DNA of 62,922 nt, filler included, from Octopus bimaculoides (Eukaryota), in NCBI RefSeq assembly GCF_001194135.2. It is 7 parts of 7 records of this genome, joined end to end, with 100 filler letters (N's around TTAATTAATTAA, not from the genome) between each part and the next. Parts side by side here need not be neighbours in the genome. Positions count along the whole stretch, not along the records: positions 1 to 15,875 come from NC_068990.1; 6 more parts are not named here. One strand, given 5' to 3'. The position numbers were made by a program, and so were the translations under genes. Positions within the stretch are counted from its first letter, which is position 1. Each line of letters begins with the position of its first letter. The notes under the pieces are model-generated. The model was not told the DNA's origin. It was given only the letters and a program-made list of their open reading frames with translations, and searched no databases. Positions 1-12,190 of the stretch are shown in pieces.

Positions 1-931
1 ATGCATATTCTTTCATACATATTTGTCCAAATGTTGTGGTCATGCTGGACTGTGTACAAATGTTCTCCGTCGAACCAAAATAGTTTCCTGGTCCCTAATT
101 CTAAAGGTTCTAAGACTCCATCCGTCATTCGTTATCACATTGCCACCATCTTGGCGATATGTACATGAACGTGGTGTTGCTCTTCATATCAATCACCAGA
201 TAGTGGACTGTATTTGACCCTGAGACTTCCGCTCTTTTTGGTCCCGACTATCATTTGTTGTGGCATGTGAGCACTTATCTAGTTTATAAGGAGGGCTTGG
301 AATTTATTTCCATTAAGTTGCATGTTGTTTTTTTCAGACAATTTATATATGGCATCTAAGCCTTTCTGTGGAAGATAAGCGTCTGAAGGTTCTTGGAATG
401 CTTGTACTACGTTTGTGTCGCCAGCTGTCTGTGTAACTGATAGCCTGTCTGGAAGAGCAACCATAAACAGTAGAGTTCTCAATAAAGTCCGCTGAGACAC
501 TCCACTCTTTATCACTGTCTCTTTAGAAAGGGCTCCATTGGCTGTCACAGCCTGGCTTCTGTCTTTTAAGAAGTCATGCAACCACTCCCAGTTTTCCGGC
601 TATGCCGAATCTCCGTTGCTTGTGACATATTATCCCATGATCAACGTTATCAAAGATCTTTGTCGGCTAGCAAGTCATTATCTTTGAGCAACGCGATCAG
701 TTTCCTCCTGAAAATGCGTTCCATGACTTTACTGACATGGGAAGTTAGAGAGACAGGTGTATAATTTTTAGCATCCGCTGTGCTACCACACTTATGGACA
801 GGATATAATATGTCTGCTTTTAGCTTTCTGGGAAGTCTCCCAGTTGCGAGGAAACTCTGAAGGTGGATCTGTAGTGGTGTTGCTAGAGCCCCACTGTATT
901 TCATTCGGAGGGCCTGTGGTTGGGTTACCAA
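1..931 (-). mobile_element. Degenerate CR1/L2-type non-LTR retrotransposon, reverse transcriptase fragment
   Basis: Minus-strand ORFs carry RT motifs: 'LKADILYPVHKCGSTADAKNYTPVSLTSHVSKVMERI' (like WKxAxIxPIHK..NYRPISLTS..K.ME), 'KSGVSQRTLLRTLLF' (like SGVPQGxxLGPLLF), 'TAGDT' (like ADDT) and 'NNMQLNGNKFQ'. The frame is broken by frameshifts. Confidence 0.85.
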
Positions 932-1481
932 TCATGAAATTTAGTCATATATTTTCTTTAATGAAGCTATATTCGTTTTAATGAGAAACTCCTATGCTTT
1001 TCTCGAATAGGCGTGTTTCGTGTTAAGAAGGAAATTGTTGTCCAGTAGGTTTATGTCTAGTTTCTAATGAAAAGAGTTACAGAAAATCACACATTATTAA
1101 GAATGCATTTCATCGTTTAATCGTCTAAATAATATGAATACGAGTGCAGTAAACGAGGTAGGACACAGGATTAAGTAAATGCCTTTATTTAATATTGCAT
1201 ACTTGACATTGTTGCAAACTTGAAATACTTTGAAATAAAAGAAAAAGAAAACATATGTGCCACCAAAGAAGGTCAAGCTGCAGTTTCAGTGTCATTAACG
1301 AGGAAAACATAATTTTCATCAAATTTATTGTAGAAAAGAAAATTATATTTAGCCGCTGCAGTGTTTTTCACAAGCATCCACAAAACTTGCCTCCCGCACC
1401 CCCGCTTAAACTGACATTCACAGTTATGTCACAATTAGCTCTACATTATTCAAGTATTGAGTAAAATCTATCAATTTGCAG

Positions 1482-1533
1482 TCGATTCCAGTGGAGAGGG
1501 AACTGACCAAATTAAGCAATGAAATGAAATATT
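1482..1533 (+). CDS. Possible small internal coding exon (SIPVERELTKLSNEMKY), phase-1 donor
   Basis: Acceptor tcaatttgcAG at 1480-1481 (alternative AG at 1490-1491) and donor GTAAGT at 1534. Only one frame is open. No homology recognised. Confidence 0.25.
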
Positions 1534-1949
1534 GTAAGTGAGCGGCAGCGATACAATGCAACCAAAGGTATGAAGGAGGGCCAGAAAGGCATATACAGAG
1601 CGAGGGAGTAGGAGATAGAAAGAGGGTAAAAGACCACGAGAGAGCGAGAAGAATGTGTATATTTAACTATTAGAGACGCGTGTTGTCTCTTATCATATCA
1701 TATGGCTTAATGAAAGAATGATGCATGAAATTATTCATTACCATGGATAGAACGCTATTTTTTGGACACACAAATTCATTGACAACATATTATACAACAC
1801 ACACTGTAGCGCCCAACATGTACATAAACTTATGAACGGCAAAAGCTTATCAGCACATTATCCGAATTTCGTTTTAGCAACATATGCTTCAAATTCAACA
1901 CACCATTATATTGTGAAATATGATTTAATGTTTGTGAAGAATCGTGGAA

Positions 1950-2760
1950 GGTGGTTTATTCAAGAATAGAATTTTCCAATATTTTTTCCTCGATTTCGGA
2001 ATATTTCAAAAGAAAGTGTTATGAAAGTTTCCTTTTATGGCATTCCATAAATCTTTTCGATGACCGTTGTTTTTACGGAACGTAAAGGCTTAACGTTGTG
2101 TATTTAATTTCATTACAAACACATTAAGAATGATTTTTCGAAGAAAATAATGTTAAAAATATTCTTCATATCAGGAAAAATGGTTAGATCTTACGATGTC
2201 GTTTTATACTAAGTCTGTTAACTACTAAATTCAAATTATTAACAGAAAATCCAGAAATTAAGAATTGAGTCTGATTAAAATATGATCCAAACTACCATCA
2301 TATTACATATTCTTTTTTTATATTTCTTAGTTTACTGGATTTTTCTGAAGCGATAATGGCTATAAGTGAAAGATAAATATATGATCTGATCAATACTACA
2401 GCTCAAATCCTCTCCAAGGAATCGCCGCAATCGTCACAAAGATAATGTCTTTTATCAGAAAACAGATGCTTCGAAGTTGGTGTAGACCTAAAGAATACCG
2501 ACAGGAATGATGGTCACATTTAAAGAACGCCATAAAATACCACAGTTTAGTACAGTTCTGAGAAATATTTTTTTATGAAGCATAGAATAGGGCTTATTGA
2601 AGAATAGAATTTTCCAAATTGTCTTCTCAGTTCCAAAATATTTATGTCCCAGCAAAATATTAAATTTTGTGAAATACTTTCTTTTTATGTCATTCCATAA
2701 ACGTCTTCGATGAGCATTGTTTTTACAGAACGTAATGGTTCACCAGTGTGTATTTAATTT
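1950..2760 (+). repeat. Two diverged ~160-bp direct copies (about 1950-2110 and 2590-2760)
   Basis: Shared blocks in the same order: aagaatagaattttccaa, cattccataaa..ttcgatga, ttgtttttac(g/a)gaacgtaa, tgtgtatttaattt. Confidence 0.65.
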
Positions 2761-3229
2761 TATTTCATATATTGAGTTGGCAACAACATTCGTTCGGGTT
2801 TTGCTTTTTTCGATTACTTTAACTTTTTCCACTGTTATTTAAAATGAACTCGAATTGATATGAAATATATTTTTATCGCATAGTTTTGTTTATTTTTGTT
2901 TTGTTTTGCAGTTCTGATGTTCCTCTACAACGATTGTTAATCGCTTTTGAAATGGAATAAATTTTACCTCTTTTCAGATACATGACAATCGATTGCCAAG
3001 TAGAAAAAAAAAATAAGGAATTTATTTGACTTCCCAATGCTTTATGTATGGTTTCCAAAGAAAATGACATAAAAACTATCCTACATATAAGAAACAATGT
3101 TTAAATCGTACGGGATCATAATTCATACGAGTAATTCATATTTTGTACGTAATGAAATATTAATGGAAATTGGTTAAACCTTGGAACAATAGTTTCCTGA
3201 AAGCTTTTGTACTCTAATGTCCTCCTACA

Positions 3230-3500
3230 GATTTACTGATTTCTTCCCGCTTGTTCAGTAGATGCTTCGATACTGATATATTAAATCTAACATTCTCCCC
3301 ATTCGATCTCGCTAGCTTTCGAAAACCTGTCATAGTTAAAGGGCCTCCACTACTCATGACTGTATTGTGATTTTTGACTTCTGTGGGCTTCCCTGTTTTC
3401 ATAATATTCTATTTGTAGAGAGACCCCCAAAGATTTTAACGGAGATAAGTATCACATTTTTAAGAGACATCATTGACATCATTAGATGAATATAAATATT
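3230..3500 (-). mobile_element. Short CR1/L2 LINE 3' remnant, same family as 6900-7830
   Basis: Nucleotide similarity to 7070-7145 (ctgta(t/g)tgtgattttt(g/t)acttct..gggc(t/c)tccc..tt..cataatatt..gagagaccc). Translation MKTGKPTEVKNHNTV compared with MQTGRPIEVKNHTTV. Confidence 0.55.
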
Positions 3501-6149
3501 TTATTAATATCAAAAAACAAAATCAATCTTGAATAGACGAGAGAACAAATTTGGAAAGGGATATAGCTAAATACCATGAGGTATTCATTGTTGAGCGCTC
3601 TGATTGATGTTAAATGAAGAAAATAGCTGCGATCTAATAATCAGATAAATAGTACACTTGTTATTGACTGGCTTAAAGGTATATGGTACTAATATATTGC
3701 TAATGAAAATTTGAGTAGTTGTATCACTAACTTCCAACTAATAAATCAAATTGAACATAGATGAGCATCGAACGAGTGAGGGAGTATCGACATGCTCACG
3801 CAAACTGCTCGAAATCACAATCCACTATCATTTTCTTACAAAGATCAAAGTACATATTGGATAGTTAGATTGTAAAATACGAATTTTGAAAATAATTGAC
3901 GTCCATAGCTAAAGTTACTTTAAACATATATCAGCCGTATGGAGGCAGACCTGGGGTTAAACGACAACAATAAAAAATGAAACACGAAGAGAAAATAAAC
4001 ACAGCAGCGATTGAACGAAGTCTTCTCTTCCAAAGTGCATTCGTACTCACCGACTGTGACCTTATTTACCCAGTTATTTGCGTATTATTGTTAGGCTTTT
4101 GCAATAACAAAATTCTGTATACTCTAGATTTCCGCTACAATATATAATAATGGCATACTTATATATTAAAGCGCCAGATGGTCTGAATGCAAGTATAAAA
4201 CTCTATTATAAGCTAGTCATATACTAGCTAACCCACTTGATCGTACTATAATATTAGATCTCCTAAACGAAGTAATTATGATAAAAGAATATGATAAATT
4301 ACAAGTGCAATGCCTGCTGGCTAATATTGGCAAATTTTATTGATTCCACACCAAAAGGACAGCATGATATTTCCTGAATGTTATTGCAAAACATCAAAGT
4401 ATAATCAATGAAGGGGAATTGTGAAGCATGTGCAGCAATTTCATTTGATGAATCTGACTATGTTATATATATTTAATTAGTTACTCATAATCCTATCAAA
4501 GCAAGCGAGTGGAAGCATAAGAAAAGTAAATATTATTATTAGAATATTATCACATTAAAATAGCAGTTTAATCGAAACACATTCTATATATATATATATA
4601 TNNNNNNNNNNNNNNNNNNNNNNNNNNNNNNNNNNNNNNNNNNNNNNNNNNNNNNNNNNNNNNNNNNNNNNNNNNNNNNNNNNNNNNNNNNNNNNNNNNN
4701 NNNNNNNNNNNNNNNNNNNNNNNNNNNNNNNNNNNNNNNNNNNNNNNNNNNNNNNNNNNNNNNNNNNNNNNNNNNNNNNNNNNNNNNNNNNNNNNNNNNN
4801 NNNNNNNNNNNNNNNNNNNNNNNNNNNNNNNNNNNNNNNNNNNNNNNNNNNNNNNNNNNNNNNNNNNNNNNNNNNNNNNNNNNNNNNNNNNNNNNNNNNN
4901 NNNNNNNNNNNNNNNNNNNNNNNNNNNNNNNNNNNNNNNNNNNNNNNNNNNNNNNNNNNNNNNNNNNNNNNNNNNNNNNNNNNNNNNNNNNNNNNNNNNN
5001 NNNNNNNNNNNNNNNNNNNNNNNNNNNNNNNNNNNNNNNNNNNNNNNNNNNNNNNNNNNNNNNNNNNNNNNNNNNNNNNNNNNNNNNNNNNNNNNNNNNN
5101 NNNNNNNNNNNNNNNNNNNNNNNNNNNNNNNNNNNNNNNNNNNNNNNNNNNNNNNNNNNNNNNNNNNNNNNNNNNNNNNNNNNNNNNNNNNNNNNNNNNN
5201 NNNNNNNNNNNNNNNNNNNNNNNNNNNNNNNNNNNNNNNNNNNNNNNNNNNNNNNNNNNNNNNNNNNNNNNNNNNNNNNNNNNNNNNNNNNNNNNNNNNN
5301 NNNNNNNNNNNNNNNNNNNNNNNNNNNNNNNNNNNNNNNNNNNNNNNNNNNNNNNNNNNNNNNNNNNNNNNNNNNNNNNNNNNNNNNNNNNNNNNNNNNN
5401 NNNNNNNNNNNNNNNNNNNNNNNNNNNNNNNNNNNNNNNNNNNNNNNNNNNNNNNNNGTGACGGTGGGGTGATGTGATCAACGGTGTTTTTGTCGGTGTA
5501 TATATTTGAGTCTGTCTACAAACGAATTGTCTAAAAAATGTGATATCACTCCCAAATATGTGCTTTCATTTCCCTCCCATTATACCTCATACTCTGTTTC
5601 AAGTCTCTCTCTCTCTCTCTCTCTCACTCACTCACTCATCCGCTCTCTCTCCCTCTCTAATACACGCACATACATACACGCACACATAAACACAAGCATA
5701 CACACGAACACACACACATATATATGTGTATGTACTTATATGTATATACATATGTATATATATATATATATACATATATATGTATGTGTGTATGTGTATG
5801 TACAGGGAATGCGAGGTGCCCACTAGGGTGCATTCTGTTTACTTGAGTGCAGAGACATGTAACGAAATTTCAAGTAGTGTCCAAACTCCTACAACATATC
5901 TCTCTTTATTCCAATAAACAGCCTTCTCAGCAGACAGAGACCCTTTAGAATGATATCGATTCAAGGTAAAATTTGGGAAAAATAATAAAATCAGCCATTT
6001 ACAAATGAGCAAAAAGACATTCTTCCAATGTAAATAATGAGAGCGAGAGAGGCAGTTCAAACAATAAGCTTAAGTGTATTTGCATGTAGTTATAGTGTAA
6101 CAGAGGGCAGAACTGGAATAAACAGGACACAGCTAATCATGAAACCATG

Positions 6150-6480
6150 ACTTCGATAAGCATAGCAGACTATTAATATGAAGAAAAAAAATTAGTAATG
6201 TTAGAAATATCATTAAGAGAGAACAATTGAATTGAAGTAATTTGGGAACGGAGCGAAGTGACCGATGTAATCACAGAATACCCAAAGCAGAAGGTTTGCT
6301 GCGCCGGACATTTTGCAAGGTTCACGGATGACAGGTAAGCCATGCCGTTGCCGAGTGGTAGCCAAGAGATCGGGAAAAGGTCATAGTTAAGTAATTTGGG
6401 TGAAGACGGACAAGAATGGCAACATTCATGATTGAATTGGAAGCACTTAGCGATCTGTTGTGTATACGAGTATCTGGTCG
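6150..6480 (+). mobile_element. RTE-clade LINE 3' fragment
   Basis: Plus-strand translation 'MLEISLREN..EVIWERSEVTDVITEYPKQKVCCAGHFARFTDDR..AVAEW*PRD..KR' matches the RTE ORF C-terminus (MLGISLRD..IR.RT.V.D...K..WAGH.AR..D.RW...V.EW.PR..KR). Confidence 0.8.
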
Positions 6481-6525
6481 ATACTGTGATGTGTGTGTGT
6501 GTGTGTTTGTGCGTGTGCGTATGTA

Positions 6526-6562
<37 letters not shown>

Positions 6563-6899
6563 TTGTGTGCGTGAATGTAGGATTGCGTGTGTGGATATGT
6601 ACGTTTGCATGTACGTATGTATGTATACAATTATTCAGTTTTATTTCAAGATTTCTTGCCAATAGCGAAAGAGCCGGTTTCTAACCTAGATTCAAATCTC
6701 CATAGGAATTTCAACAACATGGTACTTTTATATTTATTTTGTTATGCATCCGAGTGTCAATAGTTTGTATGGTCTTTCTTAAGATAGAATTTATATGCTA
6801 TGGCATTTTATATGTTTGGTTTCGTGAAAATTTTAAATAAAGTGGTCCAAGTTGATTTGATTTTTAAAATATTTGCTGTGGCCAAAATATTGCGTGAGA

Positions 6900-7830
6900 T
6901 GAGAACAGTTTATATACGGTCATACGGCAAGCTAAGTGATGTAAGTGATGCTGGTCTTAGCGTCGTTTCGACAGTGTTCGTGGAATATTTTCCCTTTTGT
7001 ACAGAATCATGTCTATTGTAGCATCAAAGATGAAATGTATTTGACATGCTTAGGCGATCCACATACTTCAGCACTGTAGTGTGATTTTTTACTTCTATGG
7101 GCCTCCCAGTTTGCATAATATTTTCTTTGATAGAGAGACCCACCAAAAGGCGCAGCAATATTCAGGTCGACTGCAAAAAGTTGTGAGGAAAGTAAGTATA
7201 ACATCTGGAGCCACAGAAACATCCATTAATTTATGAGCACCTTTGCCAGGCAGCTGGCGTGTGAATGCCATCTTAAGTTGTTATCCAAAATAACACGTAA
7301 GTCTCTTGTATTATTTGACAATAAACTCTTTTGAATTAAGAGGATATTAGTACTTGATTATAGCATCTGTTACAAAGTGAACGAACTGAAATTCTTTATC
7401 GTTTAACGCCATTGATCTTTTCTTTTCTCATTGCGTTGCATATTAGATTGGCGTTCAATTTGCTCGCTAACGGATTTTCTACGATAATTTCCTACGAGAG
7501 TTTTAATTAAATATGTTTTATAGCATTTGCAGTAGCATTTACGTAAATAGTACAGAGAAGGGCGCTCAAAACGACACCCTGTCGGACACCAGTAGTGATG
7601 GTTGCCTACTTTCAGAAAATCTCGTTGTTCAAAAGAGGAAGAGCTGTTTTTTCTCTTTCTTTTTCTTGCTTTGCTTTTTTTTTTCTCGGCGCGCCATTAA
7701 TTCAATGTTCCGTTTGTTTGTAGCATGCTATGCACGAGTCTATCAAAAACTTTACTCAAGACAAATGATTATTGTATTATCTCGTCCTCTTAATGCATTT
7801 AAAATGTCATCAAGCACGGCAGAAGTTGTG
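6900..7830 (-). mobile_element. Degenerate CR1/L2 LINE, RT domain to C-terminus
   Basis: Minus-strand motifs in the expected order: FDRLVH, TTGVRQGVVLSALLCTIYVN (like SGVPQGSVLGPLLFLIYIN), RDLRVILDNNLRWHSH, TTFCSRPEYCCAFW, KYVDRLSM. Many stop codons. Confidence 0.75.
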
Positions 7831-8015
7831 CTGAGATAGGTAGATAGATAGATATTATGCATATATACATACATATATACATACATACATACTTACATAC
7901 ATACATACATATATACATACACACATACATATATAAAATAGATGAATATATTGATAATGAGACTCATATTATATGCGCCTGGGGGACGCATATGTGCATG
8001 TGCATGTGTGTGTGC

Positions 8016-8058
<43 letters not shown>

Positions 8059-8079
8059 NNNNNNNNNNTATATGTATAT

Positions 8080-8128
<49 letters not shown>

Positions 8129-8709
8129 GACAGAGACAGACGGACAGAGACAGAGACAGACAGACAGACTTACAGACATACAGCCAGTCAGGCAGGCAGG
8201 CAGGCAGAGACAGAGAGAGACAGATACACAGAGAGAATGAGAGAAAGAGAGAGATTATTAAATAGTGCAATACAGTAGTATTGCTTCCCAGTAAAACAAA
8301 GCACCATCAGGTGAAAATAAAAATATAAATATAAGATAGTGGTACAACAATGCACCAATATTTATTGGAAATAGCAGTCGATAATATACGACGCTATAGT
8401 AAATTTTCACTGTATATATATATATATATATATATATNNNNNNNNNNNNNNNNNNNNNNNNNNNNNNNNNNNNNNNNNNNNNNNNNNNNNNNNNNNNNNN
8501 NNNNNNNNNNNNNNNNNNNNNNNNNNNNNNNNNNNNNNNNNNNNNNNNNNNNNNNNNNNNNNNNNNNNNNNNNNNNNNNNNNNNNNNNNNNNNNNNNNNN
8601 NNNNNNNNNNNNNNNNNNNNNNNNNNNNNNNNNNNNNNNNNNNNNNNNNNNNNNNNNNNNNNNNNNNNNNNNNNNNNNNNNNNNNNNNNNNNNNNNNNNN
8701 NNNNNCTAG

Positions 8710-8935
8710 ATTATCCACATCTGGGTTGTACATTTATTTAATGTTCTTCCTACAGGTAAGAAGGACGAGAATGTGTTGATTCTTATCCTTGGCTTTTGAA
8801 TTGCACTCTAATTCTATTAACAGCAAGAGGAATTTGAAGATTTTCAGCAATTTTTCACTGGCTAAGACCAGCCTCAGATTGCCCAACAATACGACCTCTT
8901 TGAAAATCTGACAGTTCTTTTGAATTTTTTGTGCG
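8710..8935 (-). mobile_element. Tc1-like transposase N-terminal (HTH) remnant
   Basis: Minus-strand frame '[47 protein letters not shown]..RP' is a typical Tc1 paired-like N-terminus. It is truncated by an N-gap. Confidence 0.75.
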
Positions 8936-9111
8936 TGGCAAATGTTTTGTCTTCGCAAATGTTTAATATAATGGCACCTGGAATGAAAAAGAATAATTAC
9001 ATTGTAAATTCTACACTGCTGAAAACATATTAAGACGCTTAGATCAGAAATTTTGAAAATTGAAGGTGTCTATTTACTTCTTGCATATATATATATATAA
9101 GTAAAAGTGTG

Positions 9112-9155
<44 letters not shown>

Positions 9156-9224
9156 AAATATATCCATATATCCATATATATATATATGTACATAACTACA
9201 TATATATGTATATATACATGCATA

Positions 9225-9480
9225 TATGGGTACAGGACATCAAAAAAACGTTAAACATAATGAGAAACGAAAAATAGAAAGCGAACACTTTTTCTAACAA
9301 CAAAAAAAAAACCCAGAAAAACGAGATATGCAATATAAAGAGTATACCCCTTTGTCAGTTATCCCTGTTTCATCTACTCCGCGTTTCGAAGGCAAGTACA
9401 ATACGCGACTACGTTGAAGCAGTCCTTCCCGCAAAGCAAATTAAATAAAATTTGGGATTTTTTGCGGAAGGTGAAATGGT
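9225..9480. repeat. Interspersed repeat, second copy at about 53005-53135; possibly Penelope-associated
   Basis: gggtacaggac(a/g)tcaaaaaaa...aca(t/c)aatgagaaacga(a/g)aa...cgaaca(c/t)tttt...aacaac...gaaacgaga(t/c)at is shared between the two loci. Confidence 0.6.
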
Positions 9481-9754
9481 TTGGCGCAAGGCGATAGAAA
9501 AATCAATATGAACGCTAGGTAGACGAGCCATGAGAAGAGACAGGAAAAGCACGTCTTTTCTTTAGGAAGGAAGTGGACAGAGAGATCCCCTTTCGCCACG
9601 GGTCAGCGACGAGAGAGTTAAGTAGGAAGAGTGAAGTAGGAAGAGTGAGAGAGAGAGAGGCAACGGTGAAAGGGGGAGAAGAATAGAGAAAGGGTGGGAG
9701 AGAAGAACAGAAAGGATGAAGAACAATAATAATAAGAAAAAGATCGATAAATAC

Positions 9755-9925
9755 CTTAGGAATGAGAACCCAGGTTCGAAATTTCCCCAGGATACCTGAT
9801 GAAAGCTGGAGGGTATATCAGCCGAAAGGTTGTGTTAACAACAAACAAAATGAGGACGGATATCCGTCAATTGTAAATAATGTAAATAATGTAAATAATT
9901 CCTCGTCCCTTAAATATTGAACTGT
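9755..9925 (+). mobile_element. Penelope-like element terminal repeat fragment
   Basis: Contains the CTGATGA..stem..CCGAAA motif typical of Penelope-like element termini, followed by a short (aatgtaaat)n tail. Confidence 0.6.
9791..9836 (+). ncRNA. Minimal type I hammerhead ribozyme motif, probably mutated
   Basis: GAUAC-CUGAUGA-A-AGCUG(loop)CAGCC-GAAA-G-GUU-GUGUU. Stem I is GAUAC/GUGUU (two G-U pairs). Stem II has 4 bp plus an A-C mismatch. GAAAG replaces GAAAC. Confidence 0.5.
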
Positions 9926-10446
9926 TCTACCGTTTAGTTTAATTCCACTTCTTGATTCATGGCAACTTTTTTTATGGAATACACACTATTACAAATGTTC
10001 TGCTCCGATTTCCTCTCTGGGAATAATTCCTATGCTGCTCTCAACAAGGCTGTGCGTCCTAAAAAGTGTCATTGCTCTACGTTTTCTAACGAAGCGATTT
10101 AAGGGAGAAAACAGCCCAATGCATTCAGTTGTTAAAAACGTTGTCTTGGTAACAACACTGAAAATAATTCCTTGTGGTTTGATCCTAATGGAAGAGCTAA
10201 TAGATAATGCCTAGAAAACAGTGTTGCTCATTTTGCTTATAACAAATTTACTTCAACACAAACAGTATCAGCGTAAAATGCATCATGAACAGAGTCAGCA
10301 CCAGCAGAAAGAACAATACCATTGACGTAAGCAACAATTGTTTTTCTATACAGATGGAGATTATATCGATAAGTAATATGAAGTCTAAGGCGATTAACAT
10401 GGTAACATCCTTCATAAGTTGAAAAGCTGTACAATATTAAACACAA

Positions 10447-10900
10447 GTAAGGTGAAGAGTTGGCAGAAGCGTTACCGCACCGGACAAAATGCTTTCTTCC
10501 CTGTTTACGTTCTAAGTTTCAATGCAGCCAGGGTTGACTTTGCCTTTCGTCCAGTCGGGATCAATAAAATAAGTACCAGTTGTGCACTGAGATCGCTGTA
10601 ATCGATTTATTCTCCTCCATCGAAATTCCAGCCTTGAGCCAAAGCTTTAAATCAATATAACTAACACAAGGCGGCGAGCAGGCAGAATTGTTGCTGCGTC
10701 GGACAATATGCTTAGCGGCATTTCTTCCGTCTTTATATTCTGAGTTCAAATGCCACCAGATTTAAGTTCACCTTTCATCCTTTGAAGGTCGATAAAATAA
10801 GTACCAGTTGCACCCTTGGATCAATGTAAGCAGCTTAGACCCTCACCCGAATTTGCTGGGCGTGCGCCAAAATTTGAAACCAATATTAAACACAAGTTGC
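10447..10900 (+). mobile_element. Two tandem tRNA-headed SINEs (family B, central GCCTTTCATCCTTT..GTCGATAAAATAAGTACCAG domain)
   Basis: A-box-like TGGCAGAA..GTTA, B-box-like GTTCAAAT(T/G)CC and the conserved central domain. The same sequence recurs at 11750-11930(-), 11960-12190(+), 19020-19160(+), 35620-35740(-), 49949-50090(-) and 50214-50427(+). Confidence 0.85.
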
Positions 10901-11456
10901 GCCGAATTGGTGCATTTGTTACTGTGCCGGACAAAATACTCAATTGCATTCCTTGTGATTCTTTATGTTCTGATATCAAATGTGATTTCAGGATCGAAAA
11001 ACTACTAAGTTGAATGAAATCGTGTTCGTCTTTCCTATCCCTGTGCCAAATTTCAAAGAGTATTAGCACAAGTGCTTACAATACATACAACAGAAGTTCA
11101 GAATGTTGTACAAATTCGTGTAGTGCAGCCACTCTTTTACAATGCCAGTAGTGGAAATATCCATGTAGTATGTTTAGCTGCAATGCTCATCTCGTAAACA
11201 ATGGATGTATGCAAGGTTTTCAATAAGAATACTGTTCCTCCAGAACATAAATATCTATTTGATCTGTAAAACACAGATCTAACATCCATTATGAGATGAT
11301 GTAGAATGTGCTACTAAGACCACTAATCTAAATAGAAAACTGTGTATGAAGTGAAGATTGCTAATGACGTTTGTTTTCGGAAAAATGGGAGCGTGATTAA
11401 TTAATTATACACGCGCACAAAAGAAAACTGATCCGACTGATCCTTTTCAATTTCAG

Positions 11457-11599
11457 ATATTGATGACTTCAAACGAAAACAGAAATATTTTCCAGGTGGC
11501 CACAACACGATTTCGTTTACAATTGACAGCTTAACCAACGCTGCCTGTTTGGATTTGAAGAAGAGTTATTCTTCGAACACTTACGGATCATTTACATAA
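11457..11599 (+). CDS. Possible terminal coding exon (xIDDFKRKQKYFPGGHNTISFTIDSLTNAACLDLKKSYSSNTYGSFT*)
   Basis: Branch-like CTGAT followed by tccttttcaatttcAG acceptor. Phase-1 frame is open for 46 codons to TAA at 11597-11599, in unique non-repeat sequence. Product not recognised. Confidence 0.35.
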
Positions 11600-11749
11600 T
11601 CAATGATTATGGCGATCGTCACGGGCTTTCAATCTCTGCAAAAAGGTTTACTATTTCAGATTACTGAATTCTGGCAGGGAAAGCCAATAAGGCCCACCTC
11701 TGCAGAGATAATATTCTTGTGTATTAAAAAAGACGATTTTAGTTTCAAA

Positions 11750-12190
11750 TCTGGACAAAAGACCAGCAATTTTGGGAAAGGGATAAGTCGATAACATGGA
11801 CCCCACTGTCCCCCAAATGGTATTTATTTTATTGACTCAGCGGGGGATGAAAAGCAAAGTAGACCCTGGTGGCATTTGAACTCATATGTAAACTCGGAAG
11901 AAATGCCGCTAAACATTTTTCCAGTTCCCCCGTTTTGATTTCAAAAGGCAATATCAGAAGATCTAATGTACGGAGGTCCGCTGGCAGAATTGTTACCGCG
12001 CCGAGCCAAAATACCCAGCGGCATTTCATTCGACTTTACGTTCAGAGATCAGGTGCCGCCGAGGTTGACTTTGCCTTTCATTCTTTCTGGGTCTATAAAA
12101 TGGGTATCAGTTCTGTACTGGAGTCGAAGTGTTCGATTTACACAGCGAACGTGCTAGCCTTGTTCCAAAATTTGAAACCAATACTGCAAA
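11750..12190. mobile_element. Divergent pair of family B SINEs (minus, then plus)
   Basis: ggatgaaaagcaaagtagacc..atttgaactc (reverse copy) and ggtccgctggcagaattgttaccgc..gccgaggttgactttgcctttcattc (forward copy). Confidence 0.8.

Noticed and set aside
9340-9400. Permuted hammerhead on the minus strand (GAAACGCGGAGTA...CTGACAAAGGGG)
   Set aside because: No stem I pairing, and the CUGANGA core is mutated.
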